A DNA stretch of 64,000 bases from Tricharina praecox (GCF_024521635.1 NW_026250411.1:1178001-1242000); one strand, 5' to 3'; positions 48,375 to 62,525 are shown, counted from the stretch's first letter. The notes: a model not told the origin generated them from the sequence alone. Made by a program: numbers and translations.

Positions 48375-51300
48375 TTGGAGATCGGGTTGGGTTGTATTAT
48401 TGTCTGTTTACGTTACCCTTGTCTTGTTTAAATGATGCGGATTGAATGTACGATACTACTGCGTTGAGACGGAGGTTGGATCACTTGTAATTTTATGCGT
48501 GGCTTTTTTGCTACTAGGAAGGCTGAGATGGAATAGCAATGACGAATGGTGTTTGATGATTACATACTTCCACTTGATTCTGTTCTTCATCAATCGGGTA
48601 ACGGTGATGGGATGGTTTGCATTCTCGTTGCTGCCCGTACACACGTAGTCCCACTGTCTTTACAGACCTATTCCATCATCGTGCTTTATCTCATAGTCTG
48701 GCAAGGCTGTACGCTCCATACGATTGATGACCCCCGCTCAAAGTAAAATCCCATGTGAGACACAGGCACTACCTACTCATATCAAGACGACTGACCCGAA
48801 TGCTCCGTGACAATCCTCTGGGTTACAGCCGACGAGGCCAGTCCTGAAGGCTGAACCTCGGAGAACGAATTCCACCGACTAGGGAATCAACGACAAGCCA
48901 TTGAGGCTCACTTACATCCCGCAGCCCGCATCCCCCAGTCCGCAGAATCGAACGTTCTCTTCAAGTGCCATTCACTCTCACACGTCTAATAAAATTCCTC
49001 AGAGGTAGAGGAATCACGACCAACTACTTTGTTATCACTCGGTAGTATCACATCACGTGACACGCCCTATTCTGCCGGCTGTGGAGGCGGCAATCCAATT
49101 ATCTACTATGTACCAAACGCCTGCTACCGTCCCGGCTTCGCACAAATAAACATTACAACTTGTACTCTACGCTGCGAGGAAAAAGGCTGATTTATATACA
49201 AGCAGAAGCCTGGATTACCAGTGCAAATGAATTACGAGCCGCACTTTGTGCTAATATACCTAGCCAGTTTGCAGAGATGGCAACCATCGGTCCGGTCCGA
49301 TCCGGCCCGTCTTGACCACCGTCATCCATCCGGATTCCGGACCCTGAAGATCCAGTCCGGACTATTGTTAATCCTGGCCCCGCTTACGGTAGTCGTGCGC
49401 GGGAAAGCTAGGTATCGCGCCTTGGGCTAAGGAGTAGAGAGACGGGGCTAGTCAGTTAGGGAGGCGGCCGGAAGGCGACGGGAAATGTAGCCTTGACTAA
49501 GACGACTACGAGTTTGCGACCCAGCCTTCGGCCTTTGGGTAATGATGTCCTGGGCCGGGCCATTTCGTCGCTCGGAGCTCCCCGTCCCTAAAAACGTGTA
49601 GTCCGGAGTCCGGGCGGACTTTTGATAACCCCATCATACGGTACAAGATACACAGAGTTGTCTGCGACGGCGGGGCGCTAAAGAGTCCTCTTTATAGTAC
49701 ACGATCTTTTCTCCATCTGAAGCCCTTCCATCCACTAGGTATCTACTACGATCCCATCTAACAACTCGTGCCCAGTGTGGCAGTAGGTACCCGGAACAGG
49801 TGATGTGACTACCACGATCAATGAGGTCGAATGGAATGACGATTAGATAACCAAAAACAAAAACAAAAACCATGTCCAGTACCGTACCATGTTGGCTGAT
49901 CACACTAGGTCCTCATCCGTGTCACTCGACCGCGGAACGCCGTCGGCGTATATTCTAATGAAAAAACGAAAAGCAAAAAAGACGGAGGGCTCACTTGAAT
50001 CTTGAGCCAGACGTGTAATCAACCATGGCCGACCAAGGCCGAGTGCTGTGAGGATTAAACGAACAAAAAGGAACGGTTCTCCAGCCTCCAGGTGAAGATT
50101 CGCAGCCATCCAGATTATATGTATATCTGCCATACATACGGCCTCTCGATGTTGGCGCCTGGCTGACATGTACCTACATACATCGCTTGGGCACGTACAT
50201 ACAGTATACATACTCTCCAGCCTCCTGCAGGCTGCAGACCAGACATGCAGCCTTTTTCACATCACCTCTAACGAGACACGAGACACGGCAACCGATTCCT
50301 ATAGTAGGTATGAAAGATACCGCATGTCAGCTGTGGATGGCATTCGCATAGGTTGGTCGATATGTATCTACGGTACCTTACCTTACTCACCGCCGGCGAG
50401 CCTGGAGGAATCCCACGATAGGTTTAAGGTACATACACATCTCCCATAATTCGTAGGTACCTACTCTAGATACACACCGGTACTTACTCAGCCATCTACT
50501 ACCACTGGTATTTGGATACTAGCCAGCATCCATCCATCCTTCAAAGTTCAGGCTTCCACCCATCCCTCTCCCACAGTCCCACTCCCCCTCCTTTTCCTCA
50601 GCCCCGCGCCGCACATGCCATACCTACAGACTCTAGAGTACTCTACATAACTACCTACACCACGAAATCTACTATACACGACGGCTAATAATAACAACTT
50701 AACCAGTTAGCTTAGCGCACGCCGCAGTGCTCTGGATCCTGCACAGAGCAACGCGCAGGCGTCATGTGCACCCCCTGCATCTCTCGCAGACTCACAGGCT
50801 CCCAGCATCGAATCGGACTGTCGGCGACGCTGCGGGGTTGGGTTGGCTGGGTTGGCACTTGGCTCTGGGCTGGCGATTGGACGTGCGCACGCCGCTGGAT
50901 CGCGAGCCGGCACGAAAACGAGGAGATTCGAGAGAGAGGGAGACTTTGCTCCAGGTAGATATATCCTTCCTCCCTGAGTCCCTGTGAAGTCGGGATTCGG
51001 GACTCGGGACAAAGTCAGCACGGAAAGCGGGCTCAGGGAAGGAACTGAGGAGCAGTGCCCACTCCCTTGGATGTGTACCTACGTGAGTTATGCGGAGAAG
51101 GTCTCTCCCTCGGCGTGCATGCTGTACGCGCAGCGCCCGTGCCACTATACAGCAGGTACTCGATCACTGCGGTATAGTACCAGTAGGTATGAAATACTCC
51201 TCTTCATGAAGATACCGACACTATTAACTACCTAGAGTGGATAGTACACGGCCTTCACCCTGCACCAAACTCGAGAGTGGATGCAATAAAGAAAAGGAAA

Positions 51301-51953
51301 AAAAAGAAAAAAGAAAAGAAAAAAGAAAAGAAAAAAGGCAAATACGTTCATCTCAGAGACGTGACGAATAGCAGAGCGCTGAGGAAAAAGCTGCGAGTCG
51401 ATCAGGGTAACGGATGAAAGTGAGTGGTGTGGTGGGTTATGCAACTGCACGATTTAATCGAGGATTCGTCTCGCCGCCCCCCCTCCCCAAATATCATGTC
51501 CCGCGTCTTTCGCTAGTTGATTAATTCGATTTGATCCTCCACGTTACATCGATTCGATAATTACCCACGACTTCCTGGTTGACTTTTGTACTCTACACAC
51601 TCGCTCGACTCCAGTCCTGGTCCTGTTTCGTCTCACCTTTCTTTTCCACTTCTGCGATCCGTTTCCCCCTCCTACATCCCCTTATACCAGCGCGAAACTG
51701 GCAGAGCTCTCGATAATTACATCCCGAGAAAAGAAGGAAAAAAAAGAAAGAAAGAAGGACAGAAAGAAAGAAGGACAGAAAGAACGAAAAACGAAGAAGA
51801 AAAAAAGCGCTCCCCGAGCAGATATTCAACCTGGCGGTCGCTCCCAGAAAGGACGTCGTAATCGTCGTCGCGAGCGATGACAATGATGCCCACAGCATAC
51901 GGACACCAATACACATCCGCCCGCCGTCACGATCCACGTCCCCCGTCCGCTCC

Positions 51954-53608
51954 ATGCTGTCCTCCGCCTCCGACAGCTCGGTGTTCGTAGCGCCGCAGCA
52001 CCCGGTCCCGGCCATGCGCGCCGCCTTCGAGGAGTCGGTCCTCGAGTCGGATGAGGCGCGTCACAGTCGCCGTCACAGCCGTCGACGACCGAGACACCAC
52101 CGGCTGCAGAAGCTCATGGCGCAGATCGCGTTCGGTCTCTACCTGCTGCACGACTCGCTGGCGAAATCCGACTCAGCCGTGGTCCGGATCCTGCAGGGGC
52201 ACATCAACGAGATGGACGAGTTCCTCTCCTCGACCACAGCGAGCTTCGAGGTGGGCAGCAGGGACATCACCGCCAGGACGCAGTACCTCCAGGTGCCCAT
52301 GGACGAGACGGGCCAGATCTCGAGTGCGTTCGACGAGATGCTGCGGTCACGGGACTTCCGCGCCGAGACGGCGACGCGGAATGAGAAGGTCGACGTGGCC
52401 GTGCAGCGCACGTCGCGGGCGCTGCAAGCTTCGCTGCGAGACGTCAAGGAGGCGCTCTCGGCTGTCGACGAGCTGGCGAAATACCTGCTCAGCATTAAGG
52501 ACGGCTGGCGCAAGGCCAATCTCGTGCGCGTGTATTCGGCCATGCGACACAACGCCGCCATGTGGTTCCGCTGCTGCATCGGATTACAGATGAAGGCGGC
52601 GAGGCTCGGCGAGAAGATCAATCAGTTGCGAGGGCTGGTGCAGGAGATTGAGCAGCGCACGGGCGCCGCGTCGAGGAAATACGGAAAGGTGAGAATCTTG
52701 CCGCCGACGACAGGGTTAGGGCTCGTGTCCGATCGAGCTTACCCCACCGGCCAGTGACTGAGGTCAACGGCTACCTCGACACGTGGTGCGATGTGTTCTG
52801 ACGTTTGGTGTAGCAACCCGTGCCGAATGCCCTCCGATTCGATAAACCACTTCCCGACCCTCCACGGCAGAATCCCGGGATCCCCACCATCGATATCCAG
52901 ATCCCGTACCGAACCAGTTCGAGACCGAACCGACGACTGTCAAAACACCGCTCGAAATCCTCACCGCACGTTTCCACTCCTCCACTGAAGCAGGGCGAGC
53001 CGCGGCGGTCGATGGACGCGGCACCGGCACAAGGACCGAAACGGAGCATTTCGATGCGGTTCAAGCAGAGCATAATGCGCTCAAAGAGCATGGTGGAGCT
53101 CAAACGGGACAAGGGCAAGCAGCGTGAAACGCTCCCCGCAACCGACGTCCCCGTCCCTGTCAACATCCCCACCCTCACCCCCGCCAACGGAGGCACCCCC
53201 GGCATAAAGCGGCAGAAATCCCGGCTATTACGCGTCGTTCCGCAACACTTCTCGTGGGCGAAAAGTCCGCTGTCGTCGCCAAGGAAGGAGCGTGCTTCGG
53301 TTTCGGTGAGTACGCATGATGGCTGACTGCACATGCTCGTTCATTCGGATCTTGTTGACGGCCTAGAACAATAGCAAGAATACGCACCCTCCCCTTTCTC
53401 GCGGATGAGGGCTTGGACCGTGCCCACGCCGCTGCCGCCGCCACCGCCGCTCCCGCCGCAATCGCCTAGGAGGAAGTCGGGCGTTGCAGCGGGCTCGCTG
53501 CTGCAGCGGATCAGCACCATGGTGCTCAGGCGGAATCGACCGCCGAATATCGGTTCAAATCCGACTCCGCCGCTGCCACCGGCGAGGGTACAGACCGGGC
53601 CGTTCTGA
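51954..53608 (+). CDS. Hypothetical fungal protein: helical N-terminal domain plus Pro/Arg/Ser-rich tail, ~3 exons
   Basis: GC3-rich ORF 51954-52688 with amphipathic helical character. GT-AG introns at ~52689-52813 and ~53306-53374 join the ORFs in frame to the stop at 53608. Confidence 0.65.
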
Positions 53609-54268
53609 TGGGGGGTATGGGGTGGCTTTTTTTTTGGTTTTGGTTTTTTTTGGCATCGTCGGAGCGGGTTGAGCGTGGCGTACTTGAGAAATACCTATTG
53701 ATGAGTTATGATGTATGACGATATGAAGGATAGCAGTGGGGAGGAATAACTGGGGAGGAATAACTGGGGAAGAATGGGCAACATTGGGGTCGCGGGCGGC
53801 TGATTTCCGGTTCTAGTGATTTCCTGTGGACACGTCCTCACCTAGAGAAATGTCACTCTGTCTACCGTATGTACCAGGTGCAAATTGCAATACCGGGGTT
53901 CCAAGCGGAGATGAGGGATGGGCGGGATAATATGAACGAACGTTGAATACGGCGTGCTTAGGTGGGTTCCTGCCTAGATGTAAATACGAGCGCCCATTGG
54001 CCAGGCTCAACGACACATTATATAACGGCATCTCCACTATCATCATCTCCACCATCTCCGTCAGCTCCACCAATAAGCAGCAGATCTGCGGGATGTCATC
54101 TCCTTCAGATCTCGACGGCTACACAGCTCCAGCTCCATCCGTATGTAACTGTTGCTGTGTCTCTCTTCGGACGCGGAAACGGTTGGCTGAGCACAGTCAA
54201 TCCATATTGCGCCGGAACAGACGCCACTGTATTAGGTACTTAGTATAATAGCATACAAGTTACCTCGC

Positions 54269-54322
54269 CCGAGTGACCGAGTGACCGAGTAACCGAGTGA
54301 CCGAGTGACCGAGTGACCGAGT
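54269..54322. repeat. 8-bp tandem repeat (CCGAGTGA)n, ~6-7 copies
   Basis: Read directly from the sequence. Confidence 0.9.
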
Positions 54323-56432
54323 CTTCGACTTTGTTCCAAGTTCTGCCGTTCATTCCCCTGTCTATAGGTACTAGAATGTATCCATTCGACCAGCCAGAAA
54401 ATACAGGCTCGCTGTCGTTGCAAAGATCAACGGCTAGTTATGCTAGCAGCTGAAGATCTTCTCCTTCTCCTTCCCCTTCCCGTGCCTAGAGCGCACAAAC
54501 AATTTTGAAGTGCACACACACATACATACACATATAGTACAGCTCACGTAAGTCTTCCTTCCCTTCAATGATCTGTGGGAACTTGTAGTGGAAGCCGTGT
54601 CATTTTTTCTCACTCCAGCCTCCGCAGTCTCCGCAGCCTCGTCAGCTTCTTCAGCCTCCCCCTAGCCCAGCCTCCGATCCAACCTCACCATCATCCAGTA
54701 GAGTGCAGCCTCACCATCTTCTGGTAGAGTAAAGCCCTTATTTGTCTAGACTGATCACTGGACTGTCGAAGGAGTAGTATCTAAGTAGATACTGGATTGA
54801 TGGATCCCTTTCCGCCCACAGTCGGTGACTGATATCCGTGGCAGTACCAGGTAGCTAGTAGGTAGTATAGTAGAGGTACCTAGTAAGCTGGTATCGCGTC
54901 TAGGTATTCGTCTGGTTGTTTCCCCGCCAAGTCATCTATAACCCGAAGTTTGAGGAATGCTGTGTTCTATCATCTAGGTATGTAAGGCCACCCTCCAGGC
55001 TCCAGGCTCCAGGCTCCAGGCTCCAGTACTAGGCAGCAAACATGGAGCATGTACGACACTGGACCACCGGCCTGAGCACCCAAGGGCCAATACTCACCGG
55101 GCAGCACCACCAGGCAGCCAGCCAGGCTCCAGCTGTCAGATCGGCGGTTGAACACGATTCACAATTTCACAGTGTAACTTGAACTTAGGAACGAGCACCT
55201 GTGGTGAAGTACACCCACCCACCGAGAAGGCATAGATTATGTGTACATGTCCTCAAACTCCAAGACGATGAGATGGGAGCCGCGGGTATACCTATCATAT
55301 CTCCACAACCTCGTGGAGAACCGCCGGATACTCTCTGATCACGAATAGTATGCCCAGTGCCATCGCGGATGCGCAGTTGTCACAGATCAAAACCGGAAAT
55401 CCCTAGGAGTTAGGACTTCAAATCTCAAGGAGAAACACAAAATGTACAATACCTAGGCACATACCGGACTCTGCGTCGACGGTCGTCACCTTCACCTTCA
55501 CATATTCGCACTCGTTATCCAGTCAATCCACTTCCACCTATCAATGGGCGGTGCGGGGTGCAGAGGTATGATCGTACGGACGTGAGGTAGAGAGATAATT
55601 GACTAGGTACTTGGTTGAGAAACAAAAGCGCGGTCCGCAGACAACATAGGTAGACGGTTTATTATACAGCGGGAAGACAAGAAACGCAGTACCTACTATA
55701 GTATACTGGACGACACCTGTCTTCTAATTTCGCCTCGAGTATTTTCTTCCCATATTGCGTATCCCCGTTGCGTATCCCCGTTGCGTATCTCCGTGGCGAA
55801 TGGCCATTCCGAATAGCAATTGCGTGTATGGTGTCCCGCATTACGCGTCCGGGCTTTTGGGTTCGCTAGGCTGTGACGATGTGGCTTTCTTCACCACCTC
55901 CACCTCCACCTTCACCTGCACCGCAATCCCACCAATCCACCGCCAATCAATGGCAATCCACCGCAACACAACCCACCGGCAATTCAATCTTGTGGCCTAG
56001 ATAGATGCGAAGTATAGTTTCAACTTTCAACTTTCAGCCCGAGCGTTGGAACTTGGGACGACCGTGCAGACAGCCGTTGTTTGGATGTTGACGATGACGA
56101 TGGCTCCGATGTCTCCGATGGCTGGCTCCGATAGCTCCGAGGCAGTAACCATCTGGGGTGTGCTAGGTATAACTGCTGAACTACCCGCGCCGCCGTTGAC
56201 GTCGCGGGATTGACGTTCTGCTCTGCGCTGGAGTAGTGGGTTGGGTTGGTTGAGGGCGTGTATCGCCGTATCGGGCGTATGCGGCGGCGGTTGTGGCGGT
56301 GTTCTTTAAAAATGAAAGCTGCCTGCACAATACGGCGACCTGGCAGCGTAGCCGTCACGAAGGAGATATCTCAGAACAACGCACGTCGCGCGGTGATAAA
56401 CTCCCCACAAAAATGAATGATTGATCAACATC

Positions 56433-56619
56433 GTATCGCAATCAAATCAAATCTCGTATCGGCAGCCTAACAATACCTAGTACAAGGTTTTCAGTAATAT
56501 ACACAGAGCCCACAGCCCACATCGAATGAAACGCCCAACTTCAGATATCCGCTCGCGCGTATGTTGTTCATCATGCTCTCGATCTGCCTTGTCCTGTCCT
56601 CCTTGAGATCGTGCTCAAT
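56433..56619 (-). repeat. Diverged duplicate of the AAA ATPase 3' coding end and 3' UTR
   Basis: Collinear with ~56785-56977: CGCAATCAAATCAAATCTCGTA, GCAGCCTAACA, CAGTAATATACACAG, AATGAAACGCCCAACT, TCATCATGCTCTCGATCTGCC and CCTTGAGATCGTGCTCAA. Confidence 0.9.
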
Positions 56620-56922
56620 ATTTCCTCCGTCCACGCCTCCGTCCACGCCTCCGTCCACACCGCCTCCCTGTGCAGCCTCAAAGAATACCGCCACGACCGC
56701 CGCCCACACACACACACGCGCGATACACGCCCGACACACACCCTCGCCCACCACTCCAGGGAAAATTCATCGTTAACCGTCACCGCATCGCAATCAAATC
56801 AAATCAAATCTCGTAGAAATCCGCAGCCTAACAGTAAAGTACAAATGTTCCCAGTAATATACACAGCCCATGCCACACCCAAATGAAACGCCCAACTCGC
56901 CCAAGTTCCGATATCCATCCGC

Positions 56923-59900
56923 TCACGCATAGCTCATCATGCTCTCGATCTGCCCTGTTCCCTTGAGATCGTGCTCAAAATCCTGCGTCACCTCGAGGAC
57001 CCGCGTAAGGTGCTTCATCGACAGGGCCTCCTCCATCGAGCTGGACAGCGCCTGCGCGGTCCGGACGACGTTCTTGATCTGGCGGCCGTTGAGTTTGTGC
57101 CGCGCGAGGCCGTCCAGCTCCGCCTCCGTGACGATTTTGCGCAGTTGGATATCCGCATTCTTCTTCTTCTTATCCGCCGTTTCGGCATCGGTGACACCGT
57201 TGACCATCACGCCGTTCTTCTCGCTATCCGCCACTCCATTGACCTCCTTCTGTTGGTCGGCCTCATCTTCGTTTCCGTCATCGGCGGCAAGTGTGAGCTC
57301 CTCGCGAGAAACCATGTCCAGAAAGGTACCCCAGATGATGCGCTTCGCTTTGCGATCAAGGTCATTATACTTGAGTGCGATGTGGATGCGCGACTGGAAA
57401 GCCTCATCGAACGTCTCAACCCTGTTGGTGGTCAGGAACATGATGCCCTGGAAGTACTCGAGCAGTCGCAAGAAGATGCTGACGAGGGCATTCCGTTGAA
57501 GCTCGTGCACGCTGCGGCCTGTGCAGTCAATTTTTTGTTAGCCACAAAAAAAATCCCGAGTGCTCGTAACCCGCCCGGAATGAACGAGTAAAAAAAACGT
57601 ACGCTCCAAGAACACATCCGCTTCATCCAACAGAAGCACCGCTCCCCAGCCGTAGCAGATGTCCAGGATCCTCGAAAGCTGATGCTCCAGTTCGCGCGAG
57701 TCGGTTCCGAGCTCGCCAGCAGACACCATGTACAGCGGTTTCCGAAGATACTCCGAGATACCCTCGGCGGTCAACGTCTTGCCGACACCGGGTCGTCCGT
57801 GCAGAACAGCGACCAGTCCCTGCCCCTTGCCCCGGATGATGTCGTCGATTCCCGGGCGCTTCTTTTCCGTCTTTCCCTTTCCGGTGTGGTTCTCGACCAG
57901 TGCGCGAACGATCGACTTCTGGCTTTCGGGAAGTACGAGGCTGTCGAAAGCCCCGGTGTTGAAGATGATCTCGTGGATCGAGTCGATCGCGAATTCGACC
58001 CACATCTTGTCGCCAAAGGAAAAGCCCAGAACGGTCGGCGAGCACATCAACAGCTGCTCCTCCGACATCTTCTCGGGCGTGAGCGGGGACCTTGTCGGCA
58101 TCTTGGGAGTCCCGACGGCACCACCCCGCAGCCGTGCGATCTTATCGGCAAGCCTGGATGGCACAATCCCGTAGGCGCCCCCACCGGGAACGAGCCCCTC
58201 GCTACTACTATTTGGCGCCGTCAAGTCCAGAACACCCATGTCGTCCAGATCGTCCTCGGGATCCCCTCCCCCATATCTCCCAGCACCGGGCTTGACCGGA
58301 TTCGAGTTGTAGTTGGGATTCATGCGTTTGAAAGTGAGGGCATCGACCATGATGCGTGACTGGACCGTGACGCGCACCAGACTGTTCTTCTTCTTGAAGA
58401 AGGCAAGGCCCTTGTAATACTTGTACTGCATGCCCGTCAGGGTGCCGAATTTGCGTCCGCGTGCCACCAACTTCTGCTTGAGCGAGTCCACGTCCGGATG
58501 GTAACCGAAAGGGTAGATGGGGAGGCTGTCGATGCGACAGGTACCCAAAAACTCGGGAATCTCGACTATGGCCTTACATTCACCAAAATTCCTGCCATCG
58601 TAATCGACGTAGTGACATTCCATGCTGAGGCATTTGCCTCTGGCGGGGCTACACTTTTCCGAAACCCAGTCGAGTTTGAGGCACATGGCCTCGGTGCTGC
58701 CGCCGCACTTTGTGTAGCAGAGAGTGTTTGGCAGGAAGAATGCCCACAGCAGGTCGAAGGTGATCTCACCGTGCTCGAGCAGGGGGTCGAGGCGCTGCTT
58801 AACCGAAGCGTAATCGGCATCGATGTAATTATTCAGCAGAGTCAGGTGCTCGATCCTGGCCCTATTCTGGGATTCCGCGGGCAGCGCCTCCTCATCCTCC
58901 AAGACCTTTTTAATATCCTTGTGGTAATTGAAGAGCAAGCTTGGGTCAATCTGGAAAATGTCAGCAGGGGGAGGGGGAGGATGGCTGGGAGAATGGAAGG
59001 GCATTGCGTAAACCATGCGATATCCAGTCGTGGGGGAGAGGGGGATGGACGCACAGAAGGCTTCTCCTCGTGGAGGCTGACGCGCTCGACATCCTTCAGG
59101 ATCTCACGCAGAACCGCAGTAATTTCCGGACTCTTGATGTCGATGACTGTATTCTGGAATTTGTTCTGCCAGTCTGAAGGCGGAGAATTCGGCGAACTCG
59201 GGTCAGCCCCCCTGTCCGATACGAGGGGTGGGGTGCGCACACGCAATCAATCAATCAATCAAACCAATCAATGAACCACTCACCGAAGCGACGTCGCACT
59301 ATGAAGACAAACTCCTCCCACTTGTCATCCTTATCGTCCGAATTCCTCGAGCTCTCGGCGAGGTAAAAGTCGTGGATTGCCTTGTTGTACAGGTGATCGA
59401 GCCTCTTGAATTCCAGCTTGCTCGCGCGAACCCTTGGCGGCTGAGTGCCGGTTGCGGGGCCATTGCCGTTGACGACGGGCATTGCATCTGCGGACCGTGT
59501 ATGGTTGCCATTGACGATGTTGGTGTCGCAGTCATCCATCCGCAACAGGCCCAGCCCCTTCCGCTTGGTCCGTGTGGGGCGGTCGTCACTGTCGGCGCCG
59601 GAAACGTTTCGCTTACTGGATCCGTTTGTTGATCCGTTTGTTGATCCGTTTGTTGATCCGTTTGTGGATCCGTTTGTGGGCGCGGTGCCGTTGTTGTAGT
59701 TGCTGTCGTTGTTTCCTGCACTGCGGACCAGACTGTCCGACTCGGCGGTCACGGGACGCTGATCGCGACGATGCATCCCCTCCTGGCGGCCATCGAAGTC
59801 ATCCGAATCAGAGGCCGCAGATGCGTCACTGGCGCCATCGGACTGGGTTGTTCCTGCAGCGACGTGCGCGTTTGCACCCGCAGCTGCGAACATGTGCTTG

Positions 59901-60199
59901 CGCCCCGCATCCTGTCCGTCGACGAAAGCGGCACGTGCATGCTTCTGCTGGTTCTTGATCTGCTTCTGCTGAGGCTGTTGATGCTGCTGCTGAATTCCAA
60001 CCGCATCTGCGAGCTCTCGCTCGAATTGCAGCTGGAGGTTTTTCTGGAGGCGAGAGTACTTGTGGTATACCTGCATGGCGGCGGCGTTTGCCGCGTCCTC
60101 GACATCCGCCTCGGCCATTTTTGGGTGCGAGTAGTCTGTAGCGCCCAACGACGAGCTCACGACACCATTGGAAACCGCAGGCGATGAAGCGTCCGGCAT
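56923..60199 (-). CDS. Fungal AAA+ ATPase with long low-complexity N-terminus, multi-exon
   Basis: Walker A GRPGVGKT, Walker B LLLDEAD, RNALVSIFLRLLEYFQGIMFLTTNR and LNGRQIKN. Upstream ITFDLLWAFF...YVDYDG domain. The start codon is uncertain. Confidence 0.9.
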
Positions 60200-61270
60200 C
60201 GCTGTGCAAGCGGGAGGGGTGAGAGAGTGTGTTGACTGTCGATTCGCGATTACTCTGTCCGTCCTTGCTGAACCGGTGAGACTCTCGTGCGGTTGGGTGG
60301 ACTCCTCTCTCCCTAACTCTGTCGATTGGTGGGGGAGGGGGGGGGGGGGGGGGGGGGTCGATGTGGGTGCTGGCTTGGGAGGAGTAGATTGATGGGTTTG
60401 TTTGGGTTTCTGTGCTCGACGAGGGGGGAGACGAGACGAGACGGGGCCGATATATAGAAGGGATGTGCAACGTTCAAGGCCCACGCATGCAAGTGATGCC
60501 GATGGACCGAAGGGGGTTGGGGGGTTGGGGGGGGGGGGGGGGTGAGAGAGTGTGAGCGATGTAGAGCAGGTAGGGCGTGTATTGCGGGTCGGCTGAATTT
60601 GTGGATTGTGGCGAGGAGGGTATTTTTATGGGAGGGAGGGGGTGGGGTGGATTTGCTCGATTTGTGGATTTGCGGATGTCTTGATTTGTGGATGCGTGGA
60701 TGTGAGGTTAGATGAGCCGTGTTAATTGTGTTGCGCGCGATAGTGTGGTGCCTCGATGATGGCGAGGTTGCTGTTTTAGGCAAGCAATGGAATGGATGGG
60801 TGCGTGTGGGACTTGCGCTGGGAGGGCCCTAGGTTAAATATAAATAATATATTATTCTATGGGGCGGCGGCGGCGGCGGCGGAGGAAAGTCCTGGCTCCA
60901 TCGAGCAATCCGCCCATCCGTCCATCGAGGCTGTCGGTGCGATGCAGGCAGCTTCCATTCCATTCGAGAAGAGCTCTGCACTGCACTGCGGGGCCGTGGG
61001 CACTGGAGGCAAGCGGCGGCTCGTGAGTCGATCGATGCGAGGCGGGAAGGCGGACGGGAAGGGAGAGATGAGAGCGGAGCAATCGGAGCGAAGACGTCGC
61101 AGCGGAGGCCAGATGCATTGGAAGTGGCATCGAACGTGCACTACACCGACACCCGTGCATGTGAGTAAGAGACCAGATACTCACAGAGGGTACACATCTC
61201 GGACGCCACAGCGCCACAGCTGTCGTGCACGATGCCATCCAGAGTAGAGCACCGTATGCTGGCATGTGGA

Positions 61271-61367
61271 AGGCAGGTGGCAGTCAGGCAGGTGGCAGTC
61301 AGGCAGGTGGCAGTCAGGCAGGTGGCAGTCAGGCAGGTGGCAGTAAGGCAGGTGGCAGTCAGGCAGG
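61271..61367. repeat. 15-bp minisatellite (AGGCAGGTGGCAGTC)x6
   Basis: Six near-perfect copies, one with a C>A change. Confidence 0.95.
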
Positions 61368-62283
61368 CAATGGATACTCTACCTACGGCGCGACTGCCTC
61401 CACCCCCAGCGGCGTTCTCGTCTGCGTCTACTTGCAATTGCGGACCAGTCCGCTCGCTCGTCTGTGTCTACTTGCAATTGCGGACCAGTTCGCTCGCTCG
61501 CTCTCCCTCTCGCAGCCCCCCCCCCCCCCCCCCCCCCCGGAACCATGTGCCCGACGCACGGCGTTCCATGGCCCGGAGGTGTCGACATCCCGCGCCATCA
61601 TTGAATTGTGGCCCCATAGCCAAGCAAGATGTAGTCAACGGTGCCCTAGAGACTACTAGCACAGTGTCCCTGCCTGGCCCCGCCATGGTACGCTTGTCGA
61701 ACGCATCCAGATTCCAGGCGGCCGGAATCCCCCCAGGCCAGAGCGAGCCTGGCCTGGCCTGGCCTGGCCGGCCATGGAGCCCCATGTCCGCAGTTCGCAT
61801 CATTCGAAGCACTCGCAGCACGGCAGTCGTGAGGGTCAGCGTACATCAGCCAGGTAGTCACGCTTACCGTCGAGGTGGAGCGGTGAAGCGACATCGGCAG
61901 TGTCGTTTCGAGCCCACGGATCTTTTACCTTCGTCATTGGTGAGCGGTGTTGCAGCAATCGAGCCCAGCAGCGGTCTTTGCATCGAGCTGCCGCGCAGAT
62001 GATGTAAGTGCTACATATATGGCAGGGTCCAAGGATCAGCGACGATTCAACGGCAGAGCGATAACTGACTTGCTACTGCTATGATGGGCTGTCCAGGCGA
62101 TCACGGGTTGCATCGTGTTTGCCCATCCGTCAGTCATGCAGTGGTTGCCCTTCCCCCTTCCCCCTTCCCCCTTCCCCTCACCCCACCTCCCCAGCCCCTC
62201 CCAACCACAACCCCACGACGACTCCCAACATCCTCGCGACTCTGTCCATACCCCGCATCGTCCGGAGCGACAATCACGTCCAA

Positions 62284-62525
62284 CAATGCGAACGGAAACT
62301 GCCAGTCACCCTCCACCAATGCGAACGGAAACTGCCAGTCACCGTCCACCGAAGCGAGGCGAACGGAGCCAAACAGAACAACCGAATGCCAGTCACGGTC
62401 CAACAGAGCCAACAGAACCGAACCGAACAACCGACTTCCACTCACGGACCACCGAGGCGAAACTCAACAGCCGACTGCCAGTCACGGTCCAACGATGCAA
62501 ACAGAGCAACGACTGCCAGTCCCGC
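62284..62525. repeat. Degenerate array of six ACTGCCAGTCAC(G/C)GTCCA(A/C)C-like cores with variable linkers
   Basis: Cores start at ~62298, 62331, 62386, 62434, 62474 and 62512. Confidence 0.75.

Noticed and set aside
53545..53575. tRNA T-loop-like GGTTCAAATCC
   Set aside because: Lies within a predicted coding exon, with no cloverleaf or A-box.
62284..62525. CRISPR array
   Set aside because: Eukaryotic context, no cas genes, degenerate cores, and linkers of unequal length that resemble each other.
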